DNA from: Ruditapes philippinarum
Lineage: Eukaryota
Reading direction: 5' to 3'
Length of the DNA stretch: 64,000 bases
NCBI RefSeq assembly: GCF_026571515.1
Contig: NW_026864520.1
Location: 1 to 64,000 of the forward strand
The notes beneath the pieces are model-generated. The model did no database searches, was not told the origin of the DNA, and saw nothing but the letters and a program-made list of their open reading frames with translations. Shown here in pieces: positions 13,860-27,204 of the stretch (within the stretch, counting starts at the first letter, position 1; each line of letters begins with the position of its first letter). A program made the translations under genes and the position numbers.

Positions 13860-14310
13860 CTTTTCAATTTGGGTGGTTCCAGTATTCCTACTTGAATACT
13901 GTATAATCACCCTTAGGACATGTTGCCTGCTTTTTAAATTTGTCTTTTGACATCTTATCTGTGATATACAGGCTTCATAACCTCAGATCCCCTTTCAAAA
14001 TTCAATTTTATTTAGTTCCGCCCATTGTTTTCTCGTTTAGGGCACACGCTTTCTTTTACTTGGGGACCATACGCCGCTTTTCATGGAAAGACACTCCTGT
14101 GTCACATTGAAGGTTCCATGATAACCGCCGTATGAACACATCTGCGGATGTTTCTAAATTCAAAATTACACCATTTTCATGTTTAAATGTGGAATTCTGC
14201 TTAAGCCGGTGTTAGGGGGCGTGGACGGTAACTTGCAATTTTCATTACCGTCCATGAACAGGATCAATAAAACCGAGCCTGCAACATTTTACAATTTTGC
14301 CGTGTTGGGC
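13860..14310 (-). repeat. Inverted copy of the ~430 bp interspersed repeat
   Basis: Reverse complement of 9161-9590 and 19786-20230, e.g. TCTTATCTGTGATAT, TTACCGTCCATGA, AAACCGAGCCTGCAACATTTT. Confidence 0.75.
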
Positions 14311-14397
14311 CTTCTTTAGGGATTCTGTTTTTCACTATTTGGACACCCCACCCCTATCTGCCCCTGGACCCCTACTACAACTCTAAAAAATCAACAC

Positions 14398-14913
14398 GAG
14401 GAGCAATCAATTTGAGAACAAGATTCGTGACAGCGGCATCAACACAGATATAAGCGGTATATCCGGATATAGTTATATCCGAAGGGCAATCAATTTGAAA
14501 CAAGTTTTCTTGACCGCGGCATCAACACCGTTATAAGCGGTATATCCGGTTAAAGTTATATCCGAGGGGCAATCAATTTGAGACAAGTTTCGGGACCGCG
14601 GCATCAACACCGTTATAAGCGGTATATCAGAATATAGTTATATCCGAGGGGCAATCAATTTGAAAAACAAGTTTCGGGACCGCGGCATCAGCACCATTAT
14701 AAGCGGTATATCCGGATATAGTTATATCCGAGGGGCAATAAATTTGAAAACAAGTTTCGGGACCACGGCATCAACACCGTTATAAGCGGTTTATCCGGAT
14801 ATAGTTATATCCGAGGGGCAATTAATTTGAAAACAAGTTTCGGGACCGAGGCAACAGCATCGTTATAAGCGATATTGTTATAAGTGATTTCGTTATCAGT
14901 GGAGTTTCTTGTA
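14398..14913 (+). repeat. ~83 bp tandem repeat (6 units) inside a MITE-like element with CGTTATAAGC subrepeats
   Basis: GCAAT(C)AATTTGA unit starts at 14403, 14486, 14569, 14651, 14735, 14818; terminus GGAGTTTCTTGTA resembles TACAG-type Tc1/mariner-derived MITE ends; single-unit paralog at ~23100-23252. Confidence 0.85.
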
Positions 14914-17045
14914 TTTGGTCTGCGTTGAAAGAATGTTATGAGTATAAAGTCAAGTTACCGACTAGTTGAGGTCAATCTGAGTGTGATATATACAATCAGT
15001 TTGGAAGCTACACATAGCTTAGTTTCGGTTGATGAAATTCTCGTTGTGACTAAGCGGAAAAAATATCTGTAATTACAAATAAAAACTTTTAGTTAAAAAC
15101 TTGCAGGGACAGCAAGAAAACGCACCAAAAAGTTTTATGCAAATATTACTGTTTGATACAAATGTTTTGAATTCACTTTTTTTGTAGATTTACGGATATA
15201 CTTTTCACTTTCATTTATATCCTGTAATTTTGTAAATCATGTTTGAATATATGAAACGTTTATAAGCTATACATAAGATAATATAATTTTTGAATGTTTC
15301 ATCTTTAAATTGAACATTATCTTTATAATATCTATATCCCAAGTTTAGCTAATTTGTGCAAAATCGGAATCTAGGCAAATATGTAGGCATTTGATTGACA
15401 ATTAAGACGAGAAATATATTACTAGATTTTGTAATTTAAGTATCTCTGAAAGATATGAAAGATAAGTACCTTACGAAAGTCAGACGTGGAAATATGCCTA
15501 ACAACCTACGTATTACAATATATTTCATTTCAAAACTCGGGTGTAAGGAGAAAATGAAACAAGGAATTAAAGTACGTAAAACAAACCAGCGGTCCCGTTC
15601 TTAGCCCCACTTTTCGATTAAAATAACTATTTAGGCGTCGGCGATGGTTAACATTTTCGTTAAGGTCTATTTTCTCAGAAAAACTGTAACAACTGTTCAT
15701 TTTAAACTTGGGGTACACGTTTATCGTTATATACGCCATTTCAAAAGGGCAGATAATTCTAAAATTATTTTATGTGCGAAGTTATGCCCCCTTTTCTATC
15801 TTGCTTTTGTTTTACTACCCAGCCTGTCAACTCAAATGCATAGTAAAATATGTACAAGAATTTGTGTCACAAAGAATAATGTACAATACAGTAGAAATGC
15901 AGCCGGTCTATTGCATTTAATATAACCACAACCGCTTGATTTGGCTTAGCAAAGTTCAACTGGCCGGCAGATAAATACCTACGAGTTTTTTTTTTAAAAT
16001 AAAGAGGTTACTATATGGCTGTTTTTACAGTATTACATATTAATAAAACGATTACTTATTCCTAAAAATTCATTATATTTGTGACTATCTTATAGAATAG
16101 CTCCTGTATCTTTAAATAGTAAATAAGTAAAGAATTAAATGACATAGCTAGCTCTACCGTCTTGTTTTCTTTCATGTAAATAAGTAAAAATAATCAGCAG
16201 AAAGAAAGGAATAATTATACGCTGAAGCACTTATGTTTTGCTGACAATGCATTTACAGTATACGTATTTAACATGATCATGTTACTAGTTTTTTCCGGTT
16301 TAAGATGCTCCTCGAGACGTATACATCAAAACAAAATAAAAGACAAATAGAACAACATGCCTTTTTTACGGGACTAAAGTCTGTCATAATGAAATTACAA
16401 TAATATCTCTAGTAATTCCATGTAAGCCTTTCATCATCCTTCTTATATGACTAAAGCTAAATGTTTTTTTTATAATTTTAACATTGTGCAATTAATGCAT
16501 TAAAGTACATTCATTAAGTCTGTTTCGGTTGACAAAATTGTCAACGTGACATTAGAACATAACCAAAATGAACTGAAATTACTAACGTATAACTTTAACA
16601 CCCACTTGACCCATATTTAAACTTAAATTGCTGAGCAAGGTAAATAAAATACATATGTTAAATACAAAAAAAAAAAAAAAAAACAAATGAAAGGGTAGTT
16701 CGGCTGACGTGACATTATAACATAACCCAAATGAACTGAAATTACTAACATATTGCTTTTACACCTGCTTCACACATTTCTAAAGTTAAAATTGCTGAGC
16801 AAGATTAATATAATATTCCTCTTCAATAAAGATTTTTTAAAAGGGTGTTTGGTCAGACTACCCATATTTTCCCATTAAAACCACAATACCGGGTTACTTT
16901 TATCTGTATGACTTGAGTATAAAACGTTATTGTTTTATCAAAGAGCCAAGCAAAATGAATACATCTACCATTAATACATTATTATCTTTATGCCATTATC
17001 TTTAGTGGCAATTCTCGCTGATATGATGCAAAATTTGAATGAATC

Positions 17046-19180
17046 TATGAAAATAAACGAGCATTGATTGCCAATTAAGAAATAAATGTGTAATTAAAAA
17101 AGGTCCCGAAGATTTTATATCGACAAACACATCATTTACAATGTATAAAGCTACAAATAATCAAATATTTTCTTAAAAGTTATAAACAACTATAAACAAA
17201 GTTGCTTTCATTACCGTTGTGACATAGAATCTCTCATTTGTTTTAGAGATATAAGTATTTAGGGTTAACAAAAATAAAATGTTTCGGAGTGAAACGAACT
17301 ATTATGCAGTTTTTATGCAGGCAGCAATGATTACTTGAAGGGAAATATACAAACATATTTCATGACATATGCAAACATATTTCTGTGATATAGAGATTTT
17401 AAAACTATTCTCTTTCTAAATTTAAACTAACATTTTGTAAGCTAGAGGTAGCAAGTACTTGTCTTGACAGACTAAAACAATGACTTGGAAGGAAAGTAAT
17501 GCCATAGTCATATTTCTAGACTTCACAAGTTATTATGTTAATCATTTTTGTAACAAAATTAAGAAACACTGAACTAATTTTAAGATATTTCATGTAGAAA
17601 ATTGCATGTTGAATAATCAATTGATCCATCAATCATCAATAATTTCTGCTAAATGTATACTATTCTTCTATAAAAATGAGTAAAATAATACTGAATATTT
17701 ACCGAATATAGTATAAATATAATATAGAATGCAGCTATTTCTCATGAAACTGGTTTGAATTATGGCATTTACTAAACGGGGGATAACAACTCATTCAGTT
17801 TCTTAATTTTGTAATGTATTTATCTTGCATTTCTATTGCTATCAAAAAAGTTTCAGGTAATTACCACCGGAACAATAATAATTCCTGCAGAATTGAGGAA
17901 AATATGTCTTATATTAAACATATAATTATTTAATATATAAATAACTGACACCAACGACAACGATGATGTATTCTTTGCAAACACTTGTGACATCAGGGAC
18001 AAAAAAACAACAAAAACTTTCGTTCCAGGTGATATCAAAGTTGCATGATTCCAGACGTTTAAAAATATATGAAGAATATGCTAAGTTTATAAAAAAAGTA
18101 AAAAGATTAATGATTAGATTTGAACAATAATTAACATGAGATGTTATGTGCGATTGAAGACTGATTTACCAGTATTTATAACTATACTTCTACTGCGTGC
18201 AGTGAGTGACTAACGCAGTTAAGGCTATTTTTGCATATTTTGATCCCCTTTTCGTAATTTACATGGATTGTAAGTGCCGTCTGCAATGTGTTAAATATTT
18301 TGTTTGTTCATTTTACAATATATTACATAGAAATAAAACACATTTTTCACAATATTCATGGAAATTATCATGAATTTGGAGTTTTGCTGTTTTAAAGAAA
18401 TGCCCAAAATCTTATGTCAAAAATTTTTAATGTTTTCTATCACGCATGCAGAAGTTTTTTTTTCCATTTGGAATGGCTCCTGATATCGGGGTTTGAATAT
18501 GGAGATGGAGAAAAAGCAAAATAATCATACTAAAACTAACACACAAAATAACGCAGGAAATATGAGATAGAAAGTTACATTTTGGAAGAAGCTGACGTCA
18601 TGATATTTCCAAACACCTGACAAAAACAATAATTTAATGTTATAGGTGTACTTTTTTACATTTTAAGTAAGCACTTCTTTGATTGGAATACTTCTTTCTT
18701 TTTCAAAAACCGATGCCGAATCTAACACATCAATCAAGAACTCTTCAAATCTAATCATACTTATCATACTTGATAACGTCTATGAAGGTTTGGATAAACA
18801 TAAAATTAAACTGAAATAATCTTATCTTGATTAAATTTTAGAAATTTACAGTTTCATAAAGCACTGCAGTTTACAAACAATATGCATCATTATACACTAA
18901 TGCAGTATGATAACTCCGTGTTTAACACATGATTTATGCATGTTGCAATAGACAAGCAAAGTAAGCAAAATACAAAAATCTAAATAATTAAATAAAAATG
19001 CATAATTATGCTGACCTTTGTTAAACTAGCAAAGTATATATTTCACAACGTACCTATTTGCACTTACTATAGCCCTTAAACCTTATACAAAACATACGCG
19101 AGCAAACCTTTCACTTTAACTGATCACTCCTTTTTCAATGCTCCACTAACGTGATAAGACAGACATGCAAATAAGCTCAC
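17046..19180 (-). ncRNA. Putative spliced transcription unit P2 (paralog of P1)
   Basis: GATCAC 19122, CCACTAAC 19143, perfect octamer ATGCAAAT 19165-19172; donor AATAG|GTACGT at 19053; downstream acceptors and GTAAAT donor retained as in P1. Confidence 0.38.
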
Positions 19181-20889
19181 CCGAACATAAACGATAGATG
19201 GCTATATCCATATGCAACAAATCTTTCATTCATTTAAAGCTGTTGATTATGACCACTCACTGAACTGTTATATTTTATTTGATTTTAAAATCTGATTATG
19301 ATCACTAATTTGATGAAATAAAAGATCTAAAAGATGAAAAGCAGTTTAGAATTGAAATAAAACACATAAAAGCCCATTATTTATACACAGCGTCTTTACA
19401 CCTTTGACTGACCTTGTCGACAAACTGGTACAATATATTTTATTCATTACGATTTGATCGGTATTTTACGTCTTTCTTTGCCCACAAAAATTGTATATTA
19501 AAGTAACAAAGTATAATTTTAATGAAAAACTTTATTAATGACAGTTGAATTGATATAAAAATTACAATTAAAACTTGATTGCATTGGATATATAAAGTCA
19601 TATTTAACGATTATTCTTCAGAAGCAAACTATTAGTTATCACTGGATCAAGTACTTGTATTTTCTTGCAGTTATAATCTAATTTCTGGCATTTGTTTCGT
19701 ATATGATAGCTTTATTAAATTAAGAACAGGTAGACTAGGTTGTCTATTATAATACACCTTTAATGTAGCAGAATAAAGGAAACGCTCCAAACGTCAAAAT
19801 TGAAAATGTTACAGGGTTCGGTTTGAATGAGCTTGCTCATGGACAGTAAAGATAATTGCATTCTACCGTTCACACCCCCTAGCACCAACCCAAGCAGAAT
19901 TCAACATTTCAATATGAACATGCTTAAATTTTGAATTCAGAAACATCTGCAGAAGTGTTCTTCATACGACGACTATCATGGGACCTTCAATGTGACCTTC
20001 CTTCAATGTGACAAGTTCGTGCCATTCTATAAAATGCAATATATGATTCCAAAGTAACGAGTAGTTGTGAAACAATGGGAAAATTAAATAAAATGGACTA
20101 ACAAAGAGGACCAGAGCTTATGAAGCATGCATATCACAGATAAGACGAAAAAAGACAGGTCAAAGTAGGCAACAAACACTATTTTTACAATATTCAAGAA
20201 GGAATACTTGAACCGCCCAACTAGACAAAGAAAGCATAAAGAAAGATATGACATGTTAACGTGTAAAAAGCTGCTGCAAAATAATTATTTTAACATATTT
20301 GCATGTATATTTTGTATATGTACCCCTTACATCAAATAAGACATACATTAAAACTTGGATAAACCAAGCTTGCTGTGTGTTACTGCAATAGCTTAATTGG
20401 ATGCTGTTAGGAAAAGGCGTCAAATAAAACAAACAATCAAACTTAATTGGATTATTTAACAGCAAAAGTTATTTAACAGCAAAAGTTTTCATCAGTTTAT
20501 TTTGTCATTTTATTTCTTAGCAATTGGATATAGGAAATGAAATAATTCTATATGGCAATCTAGATATTGAGAAAGCATGATAATTGAAATTGTTATTTTA
20601 AGCCAAGACAATTCAGAACAAATAATTGATGTCAAAGACTTACAATCTAGCTTTGTTTTCCTGATAAATTGTTCATATACTGCTGCATTTATAAAGATCA
20701 TAAAACGCAATTATATTCAATATAATATTGAACTTTTTTAACTCGTGTGTACTGTTTCTGAATCTCACACAAACATGAAGAAAATAATATCTCTGAAACA
20801 TACCGGTCTAGATAAATAGGCAAAGTGAACACATTTTTAACAATTCAACAATGTATTAGAAACCCGTTATTACGTTATATTAGTATTTT

Positions 20890-21265
20890 GAGATATCAGT
20901 CATATTAAAGACATATGTTAGAGTATCAATCATGCTGATATGTTATATATCATTCATGTCGATATGTTAGATATCATTCATGTTGATAGGTTAGATATCA
21001 TTCATGTTGATAAGTAAGATATCATTCATGCTGATAGGTTAGATATCAATCATGTTGATAGGTTAGATATCAATCACGTTGATAGGTTAGATAGCAATCA
21101 TATTGATATGTTAGATATCAATCACATTGATAGGTTAGATATCAATCATATTTATAGGTTAGATATCAATAAGGTTGATATATTAGATATCAATCATGTT
21201 AATAGGTTAGATATTATTCATGTTGATAGGTTGAATATCAATCATGTTAATATGTAAGTTATCAA
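20890..21265 (+). repeat. Degenerate 24-bp minisatellite (~15 copies), paralog of 10312-11887
   Basis: Units A(T/G)GTTAGATATCA(A/T)TCATGTTGAT with many substitutions and in-frame stops, at the syntenic position of duplication copy B. Confidence 0.92.
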
Positions 21266-22539
21266 GCAGTGTTTATATATATGGGATATCTAAATAAGTC
21301 AGATACCAGTCATGAGATATCACACATGTTAATATGTGAGACATCAGTCGTGTATTTATATATGATATATTCATTAAAATGTTTTCTGTATGTTAAGCAG
21401 TTAAACATACATTGCGTACGTCAGTGTAAAGTAAAACACATTCATGCAATAGCTAGCAAAAAAATCGAGGTTTAAACACTTTCAAGGTCAAATCATTTAC
21501 TAACATTTGCTCTGGATTTCTATTTAACTATCATAACATTAGGTTCTTATCAATTCATTTTATGTTTGTTTACCACTACCACATTTACACACCGTGCAAA
21601 CTATTTCATCTTGACCGTATATATTTATTTATTTCATTTTAGCTCAGGGGCTTATCATACGTTGTTATTTAAAACAAATATTTAACATGTTATTGTTAAA
21701 AGACCGGAAACCTATTTACAGGCAAATGGTAACCACTTAGTTGACAACAACTGAATGAAAATTTGACAGTTTGGTTTTTGCAATTATTCACCTTTCTTGT
21801 GTTTACATGTATGAAGAGAAGAATCGTTTTGTTTGTTTGTTTCATTTTACGTCTTTTCCCAACAGTACTATAGTACACACTGTATTACCGGCGGCAGTGA
21901 TGGCAGATATCTGAAAATTACCGATCGATACAGGTAGGTTATGAACTTGATTGGTTTAAGTATATTACACAAATACGGCCCATTTCATTGCTATAAAAGT
22001 ATTGTCCATTGAATGGAGATACTGTAAGGTAATTTTGGACTCGTTTTTTCCTGTTTTAAGACTATTTTGTGCAGATTAAAAGTGACAACTTGGGAAAAAT
22101 CTGTGAAAATGTGTGTTTTCTGTTCAATATATCTCAAGATTTAAGTAAATGGCAGGATTTCCTGTTATCAATATAGAGGTTCATCCATTGGGGTCACGTA
22201 ATCCAAATATCTACCCCGTGAGTCTTTTTTTGAAAGTTTTACAGACGCTCAATCATGTCCGATCGAAGAAAAAATGCTGCCGTTGTAGGCAGATACATAT
22301 TATAAATGCTGCCGTCGATGGCAGAAATACCATGAAAGTGGCTAACATTCTGACAGAAAATCAAATTCAATCTTTTATCAATTACTCTTTTCTTTGCGTC
22401 TTTTTAGTCGGAATTGACACGTTGAACTATCATTTCTAATATTTTGCAAGATAGAAAAGTTATTAATGCCGTATGTGCATCGGAAAAAGCTTTTTGAAAA
22501 AAAACTATTGAAAAACATAAACACAGAAAAATCTAAAAC

Positions 22540-22757
22540 TTGTTTGTTTCTTTGTTTCATTTTACGCCTTTTCCAAACAGTATTTCAGTCATATAGGCGG
22601 GTAGTTTCCTATAACCATCGTTCCTGGAGAGTTACACCAGTACTAGACTACCTTCCATCATGTTAAACTACCATAGCATCTGCCGGGAATCGAACCCATG
22701 CCAGAGACGTAACTGGATTAGAAGTCATCGACTCTAGCCCCCCGACCACGGAGGCGG
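22540..22757 (-). mobile_element. tRNA-derived SINE
   Basis: Minus strand reads CCGCCTCCGTGGTCGGGGGGCTAGAGTCGATGACTTCTAATCCAG...GGGTTCGATTCCCGGCAG (A/B box-like) and ends in an (AAAC)n tail; absent from paralogous site at ~12295. Confidence 0.85.
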
Positions 22758-23869
22758 TATATGAAGAAATGTTTGACGAATGAAAGTATAATTTACGTTA
22801 ACTTAAATTCAACTAGACATTAAATCAATATACAGTAATTAGATGAAGTACAGTTCTCGTTTGTAGCAAGTACGTATTTTAAATGACATGATACTGTCCT
22901 TATGATTCGCATTTATTTTATCCGTTGCTGTGAAGAAAACAAAGGACTTCTCAATGCAAAAGAAAATATGTTAATACAATTGGTTTTAATAAACATAATT
23001 ATTAGCATTTTCGACATACTGTCGGGAAAAAATACAACTGTTATATCATTTACGCATACTGTAAGTAATCCCCTGTTAATGATAAAACAAATGAATTGAT
23101 TAAACTTCACTTATATAATGATATTCAGAGGATCGCCAAATTCATATAACCAAAAATCGTTATATCCGAGGAGCAATCAATGTGACAATAAGATTCGGGA
23201 TCGCGGCAACTACATGGTATAAGCGATGTTGTTATGATTGGAGTTTACTGCATGTAGTCTGCGTTGAAAGAATGTTCTCTGAGTATAAAATCAAGTTACG
23301 GACTATTTGGCTTCATTCTGAAATGACTTACACTTGGTTGGAGTAACTTTTAGCGGGTCGTCACCCCCTTTTTCTATAAGGATGAGTGTGAGCTTCACAT
23401 AGTTTAGTTTCTGTTGATGAAGTTCTCTTTGTGACTAAGCGAAAAAACAAAATATCTGTAATTACAAATGTAAACATTTAGTTTAAAACTTGCAGGTACA
23501 GCAATGAAACGCACCGAAAAGTTTTATGCATTTATATATATTACTGTTTAATACAACTGTTTTGAATATTCTTTTTTGTATGTTTACGGATATATTTCTC
23601 ACTTTCATTTATATCCTGTAACTTTGTAAATCTGGCTTGAATATATGAAACGTTTATAAGCTATACATTAGATCATATAATTTTTGAATGTGCATCTTTA
23701 AATTGAACATTATCATTATAATATATATATCCCAAGTTTAGCTAATTTGTGCAAAATTGAAATCTAGGCAAACATGTAGGCGTTTGATTGACAATTAAGA
23801 CGAGGAATATATTACTAGATTTTGTAATTTAAATATCTCTGAAGGCATTATTTCACCTGCTACCACTAA

Positions 23870-24533
23870 TAATATAATAATATAATAATAAATACCACAT
23901 TTATATAGCGCCCTTTTCATTAAAATGTTCAAAGGCGCTTTACATCAATCATATATGTCTAAAACAATATAAATGAACAGGATTATGAACATTAAAAATA
24001 TTTTGCATTAACTAATTAAAAGTGTAAATTATGGAATTATTTTTACATATTAATACGATATAACTTAAAGATCCTTAAAACTCACTTTACAATATTATTG
24101 TCATACATTAAAATTGTCTTCAATATATAAATGTGTAAGAAATAATGTGCCTTTTAACATAAACTCATAAATAAATATTAAAAGCTACTTTAAATGCATA
24201 TTGATGATTTTCATTGTTTTGTTGTCATACTTTACAACAGAAAATATATGAACGATTGATAAAAGAATGAATACAGCGACATCAGACTAAAAGAATATTG
24301 AACATAACGAACCTGGATAGCATGAGTACTGCTACACCAAGGTCCAGTACCGAGGGAGTCAGATACCTCCCCACAGCGCATGCAGACCCCCAGGATGACA
24401 TCACTACTATCACCACAGGAGGAAAGGGCCACGCCCCACACCTTAACACTAAATATTCTTGAAATCTGACCCCTCTGCATTCACGAGCCATATATTATAT
24501 AACACATGTAAATTATTATGATAAATCAATTTT

Positions 24534-24573
<40 letters not shown>

Positions 24574-25804
24574 ATTTAAAAAAAAGAAATATTCTGTGCT
24601 TAAAAATGCTAGCAATGGATTTATAATAATAGATAAGATCTTGCTAAATCATCGTTATAAAACAATAGAAATACTAAATTGATTTTAAAAATTGTTTGTT
24701 TAAAAAAAACAAAAACTTTTAATAAAACTAATATTCAAATAACAGATACTTCGTATTCACTGTTTATAAAATTCATTCATAACAGTCACTGATTATTTTC
24801 CATAAGCTAAATTGAAGTAGTGTGTTTTAAGATGTTTTTTGAAACTTTCTACTGTGTTACAGTTTTTTAGATGACTTGGTAGTGAATTCCATAGCTTAGG
24901 AGCTGATGCCGAAAAACTCCTTTCACCAAATTTCAGTTTAGTTTTTTGGTTGCACTAATCGTACAGGTGCATTTGAAGAGCGCAGATTTCGGGAAGTGGA
25001 ATAAACTTGAATCATTTCCTGCATATATGATGGAGATTGTTGTTTCAGTGACTTGAAAGTATGTAATAAGATCTTGTAATTCACTCTATATTCGATTGGC
25101 AGCCAATGAAGATCTTTCATCACTGTGTAATATGATCTTTCCTAGATGTACGTTTAATCACACGGGCTGAAGTATTTTGAACAAGTTGAAGTTTTTTCAT
25201 GGTTTGTTGAGGTATACCATATAGAAGAGCATTGCAATAATCCAGTCTTGATGTCACGAGAGAGTTAACGAGTGTTTTTGTAGCTTCTTCGTTGATATAT
25301 TTTCGAATACGTCCTATCTTACTTATTTGGGCATACGAAGATCTGCACACGGAGCTAACATGATGTTCCATATTAACCCTTGAATCAAGGAATGCACCCA
25401 AATTCCTTACACTTGATGACTGTTTGATTTCAGCTTGGTCCACATTGACAGTTATATTTTTCACTGAGTCTGTATTGCTACCCGACGAAAAGACTATAAG
25501 TTCTGTTTTGTCTGAATTCAGTTTGAGAATGTTGCTGTTCATCCAGAATGTTATTTCTTTTAAGCAGTTTGAGACAGAATCAAGTACAAGTTCAGTTTTG
25601 GTGTTGTCCAACGGTTTGAAAGAAATGTATATTTGAGAATCGTCAGCATAGAAGTGACATTGCAGACCATGTTTTCGACAAATTTCGCCGACAGGTTTTG
25701 TGAAAAGTATGTAAAATTTTGGTCCTAATACAGAGCCCTGAGGGACACTGTATGTCATATGCACAGGGTCAGATAGTTCTCCATCAATACAAACAGTCTG
25801 ATAG
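23870..25804 (-). mobile_element. 5'-truncated L2/CR1-group LINE retrotransposon
   Basis: RT motifs SVPQGSVLGP and YADDSQIY, C-terminal SRLDYCNALL, LHWLP, KLWNSLP; 3' end AAAGCGCCTTTGAAC...GGGCGCTATATAAAT plus (ATT)n-like tail; CTAA at 23866-23869 and 25805-25808 as short TSD; empty sites in paralogs at ~44860 and ~52610. Confidence 0.93.
24793..25804 (-). pseudogene. LINE ORF2 reverse transcriptase C-terminal part, two frameshifts
   Basis: ORFs 25120-25764 and 24938-25123 plus a third segment (KLKFGERSFSASAPKLWNSLPSHLKNCNTVESFKKHLKTHYFNLAYGK*) join via frameshifts at ~25122 and ~24945. Confidence 0.92.
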
Positions 25805-25987
25805 CTAAATGCAATTTAAAAGTTTCTTAGAAGTAATGTTAATAATTCTCTTAAATTTTCATCAATTCTTGGGGCTAATTAATATTGTCAATTTCAACAC
25901 ATGCATTAAAATTTTGTATATACATGATAAATACTGATGCTATATTCGAGTATGTAATCTTAAAGTTCAATCTGAATCTGTTAAAGT

Positions 25988-26110
25988 GGAGGCCGTGGCC
26001 TAGTGGTTTAGGTCTCTGGCTATAAACAAATATATCACAGGTTCGAGCCCTGCTCAGGGCTCGGTCATGTGACTTAATCACCGGTACTGGGAAATTTCAG
26101 GAAGTGAAAT
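25988..26110 (+). mobile_element. tRNA-derived SINE (degenerate)
   Basis: A box TGGCCTAGTGG and B box GGTTCGAGCCC; does not fold into a complete cloverleaf. Confidence 0.7.
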
Positions 26111-27204
26111 CAAAATTTTCAAATAAGCGTAAAAACTTCAAAATGATAATATGGCTTGAATAGCCGTTTAATATATCTAAATCAAATATTATCATTATAC
26201 TCTTATCATTCATATTATGTATACAAAAACATGTATACAATACTAACAAAACATATCATAATATATATATAACAACAGCAAATGTATAATTTAAGGTTTT
26301 TATTATTATTTCATTCAAAAGTCATAAAAATGTTATAATTTTATTTTAAAGTAACTCTTTGGCTTTCACAAAAGGGTCTGTTATAAGCTAAAACAACGAA
26401 AGCAATTCTAAATTCGTAATGAATATCAATACCTGAAGGACAGTTTTCTCTTGAATCAAGCAGAAAGACTTAAAGTAAAAAGAATTATGAAATAAATTCT
26501 TGTAAAGTGTAAACTAACGCAATTATTGATGAAAAACCAGCTGCAGTCATTTTATAGTATAATCAGGATAAAGTATCATCCCTCGCAAGCATTAATCACA
26601 ACAAAATAACACGAAAATGCAGACTCGGTTTGATTAAGTCTGTATAATCAGGATAATGAAAAGTGCAACATCCCTAATGTACCATGTAACCTAGCACCGG
26701 TTTGAAACCATTTATTTAACGATAAAGGAATTGACTGGAAATAAATATTCAATATACATTTTGCGTCAGTCTGCAATCAACACTAATTCCGCAGTTGCGA
26801 TATCAAATTCTTAATGCATTTGACTATAACCGATCAATATTTTTTACATTAGCAACTGGTATAGACATAAAATCTATAAATAACATTTAATATAAAAATG
26901 TCAAACACATAAAGCATTCTTAAGCACACTTTGATATGTAAATGATATTGAATAAGACTAAAGGTAGAAAGGTTAACTTTATCATAATAATATTTTTAAA
27001 GTGAAATATTATAAAAGATGTATTCAACCTTAGAGAGTTCATGCCACTTTGCAATTTAGATGAAAAACTTTATTAACAATTAATGATTCTTAATGATGTG
27101 CAATAAGTTAATCATGTTGTACTAAAATTTTGACAACAGACATACAAAATTAAAAAAAGAAAAGGTATTGAATGGCGTATGTTACAATAGTAAAGTAAAA
27201 CACG

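Larger units (their letters stand above)
4899..15450. repeat. Tandem segmental duplication 1, copy A
   Basis: 4899-12410 aligns colinearly (roughly 85-90% by eye) with 15470-22905, and 14398-15450 with 23165-23843. Junction at ~15450-15470 joins the 23843-homologous end to the 4899-homologous start. Confidence 0.93.
15470..23843. repeat. Tandem segmental duplication 1, copy B
   Basis: Starts CTTACGAAAGTC (cf. 4899), colinear with copy A. Differs by a shorter minisatellite, an insertion at 21830-22757, a local ~161 bp duplication at 16544-16816, and no counterpart of most of 12.4-14.4 kb. Confidence 0.93.

Noticed and set aside
14398-14913. CRISPR-like array
   Set aside because: Units are contiguous near-identical tandem repeats without unique spacers, no cas genes, eukaryotic context.
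25988-26060. Functional tRNA genes here and at ~22680-22757, ~28254-28345, ~34535-34600
   Set aside because: A/B boxes present but no complete cloverleaf; they continue into SINE cores/tails or lie in a TIR element.
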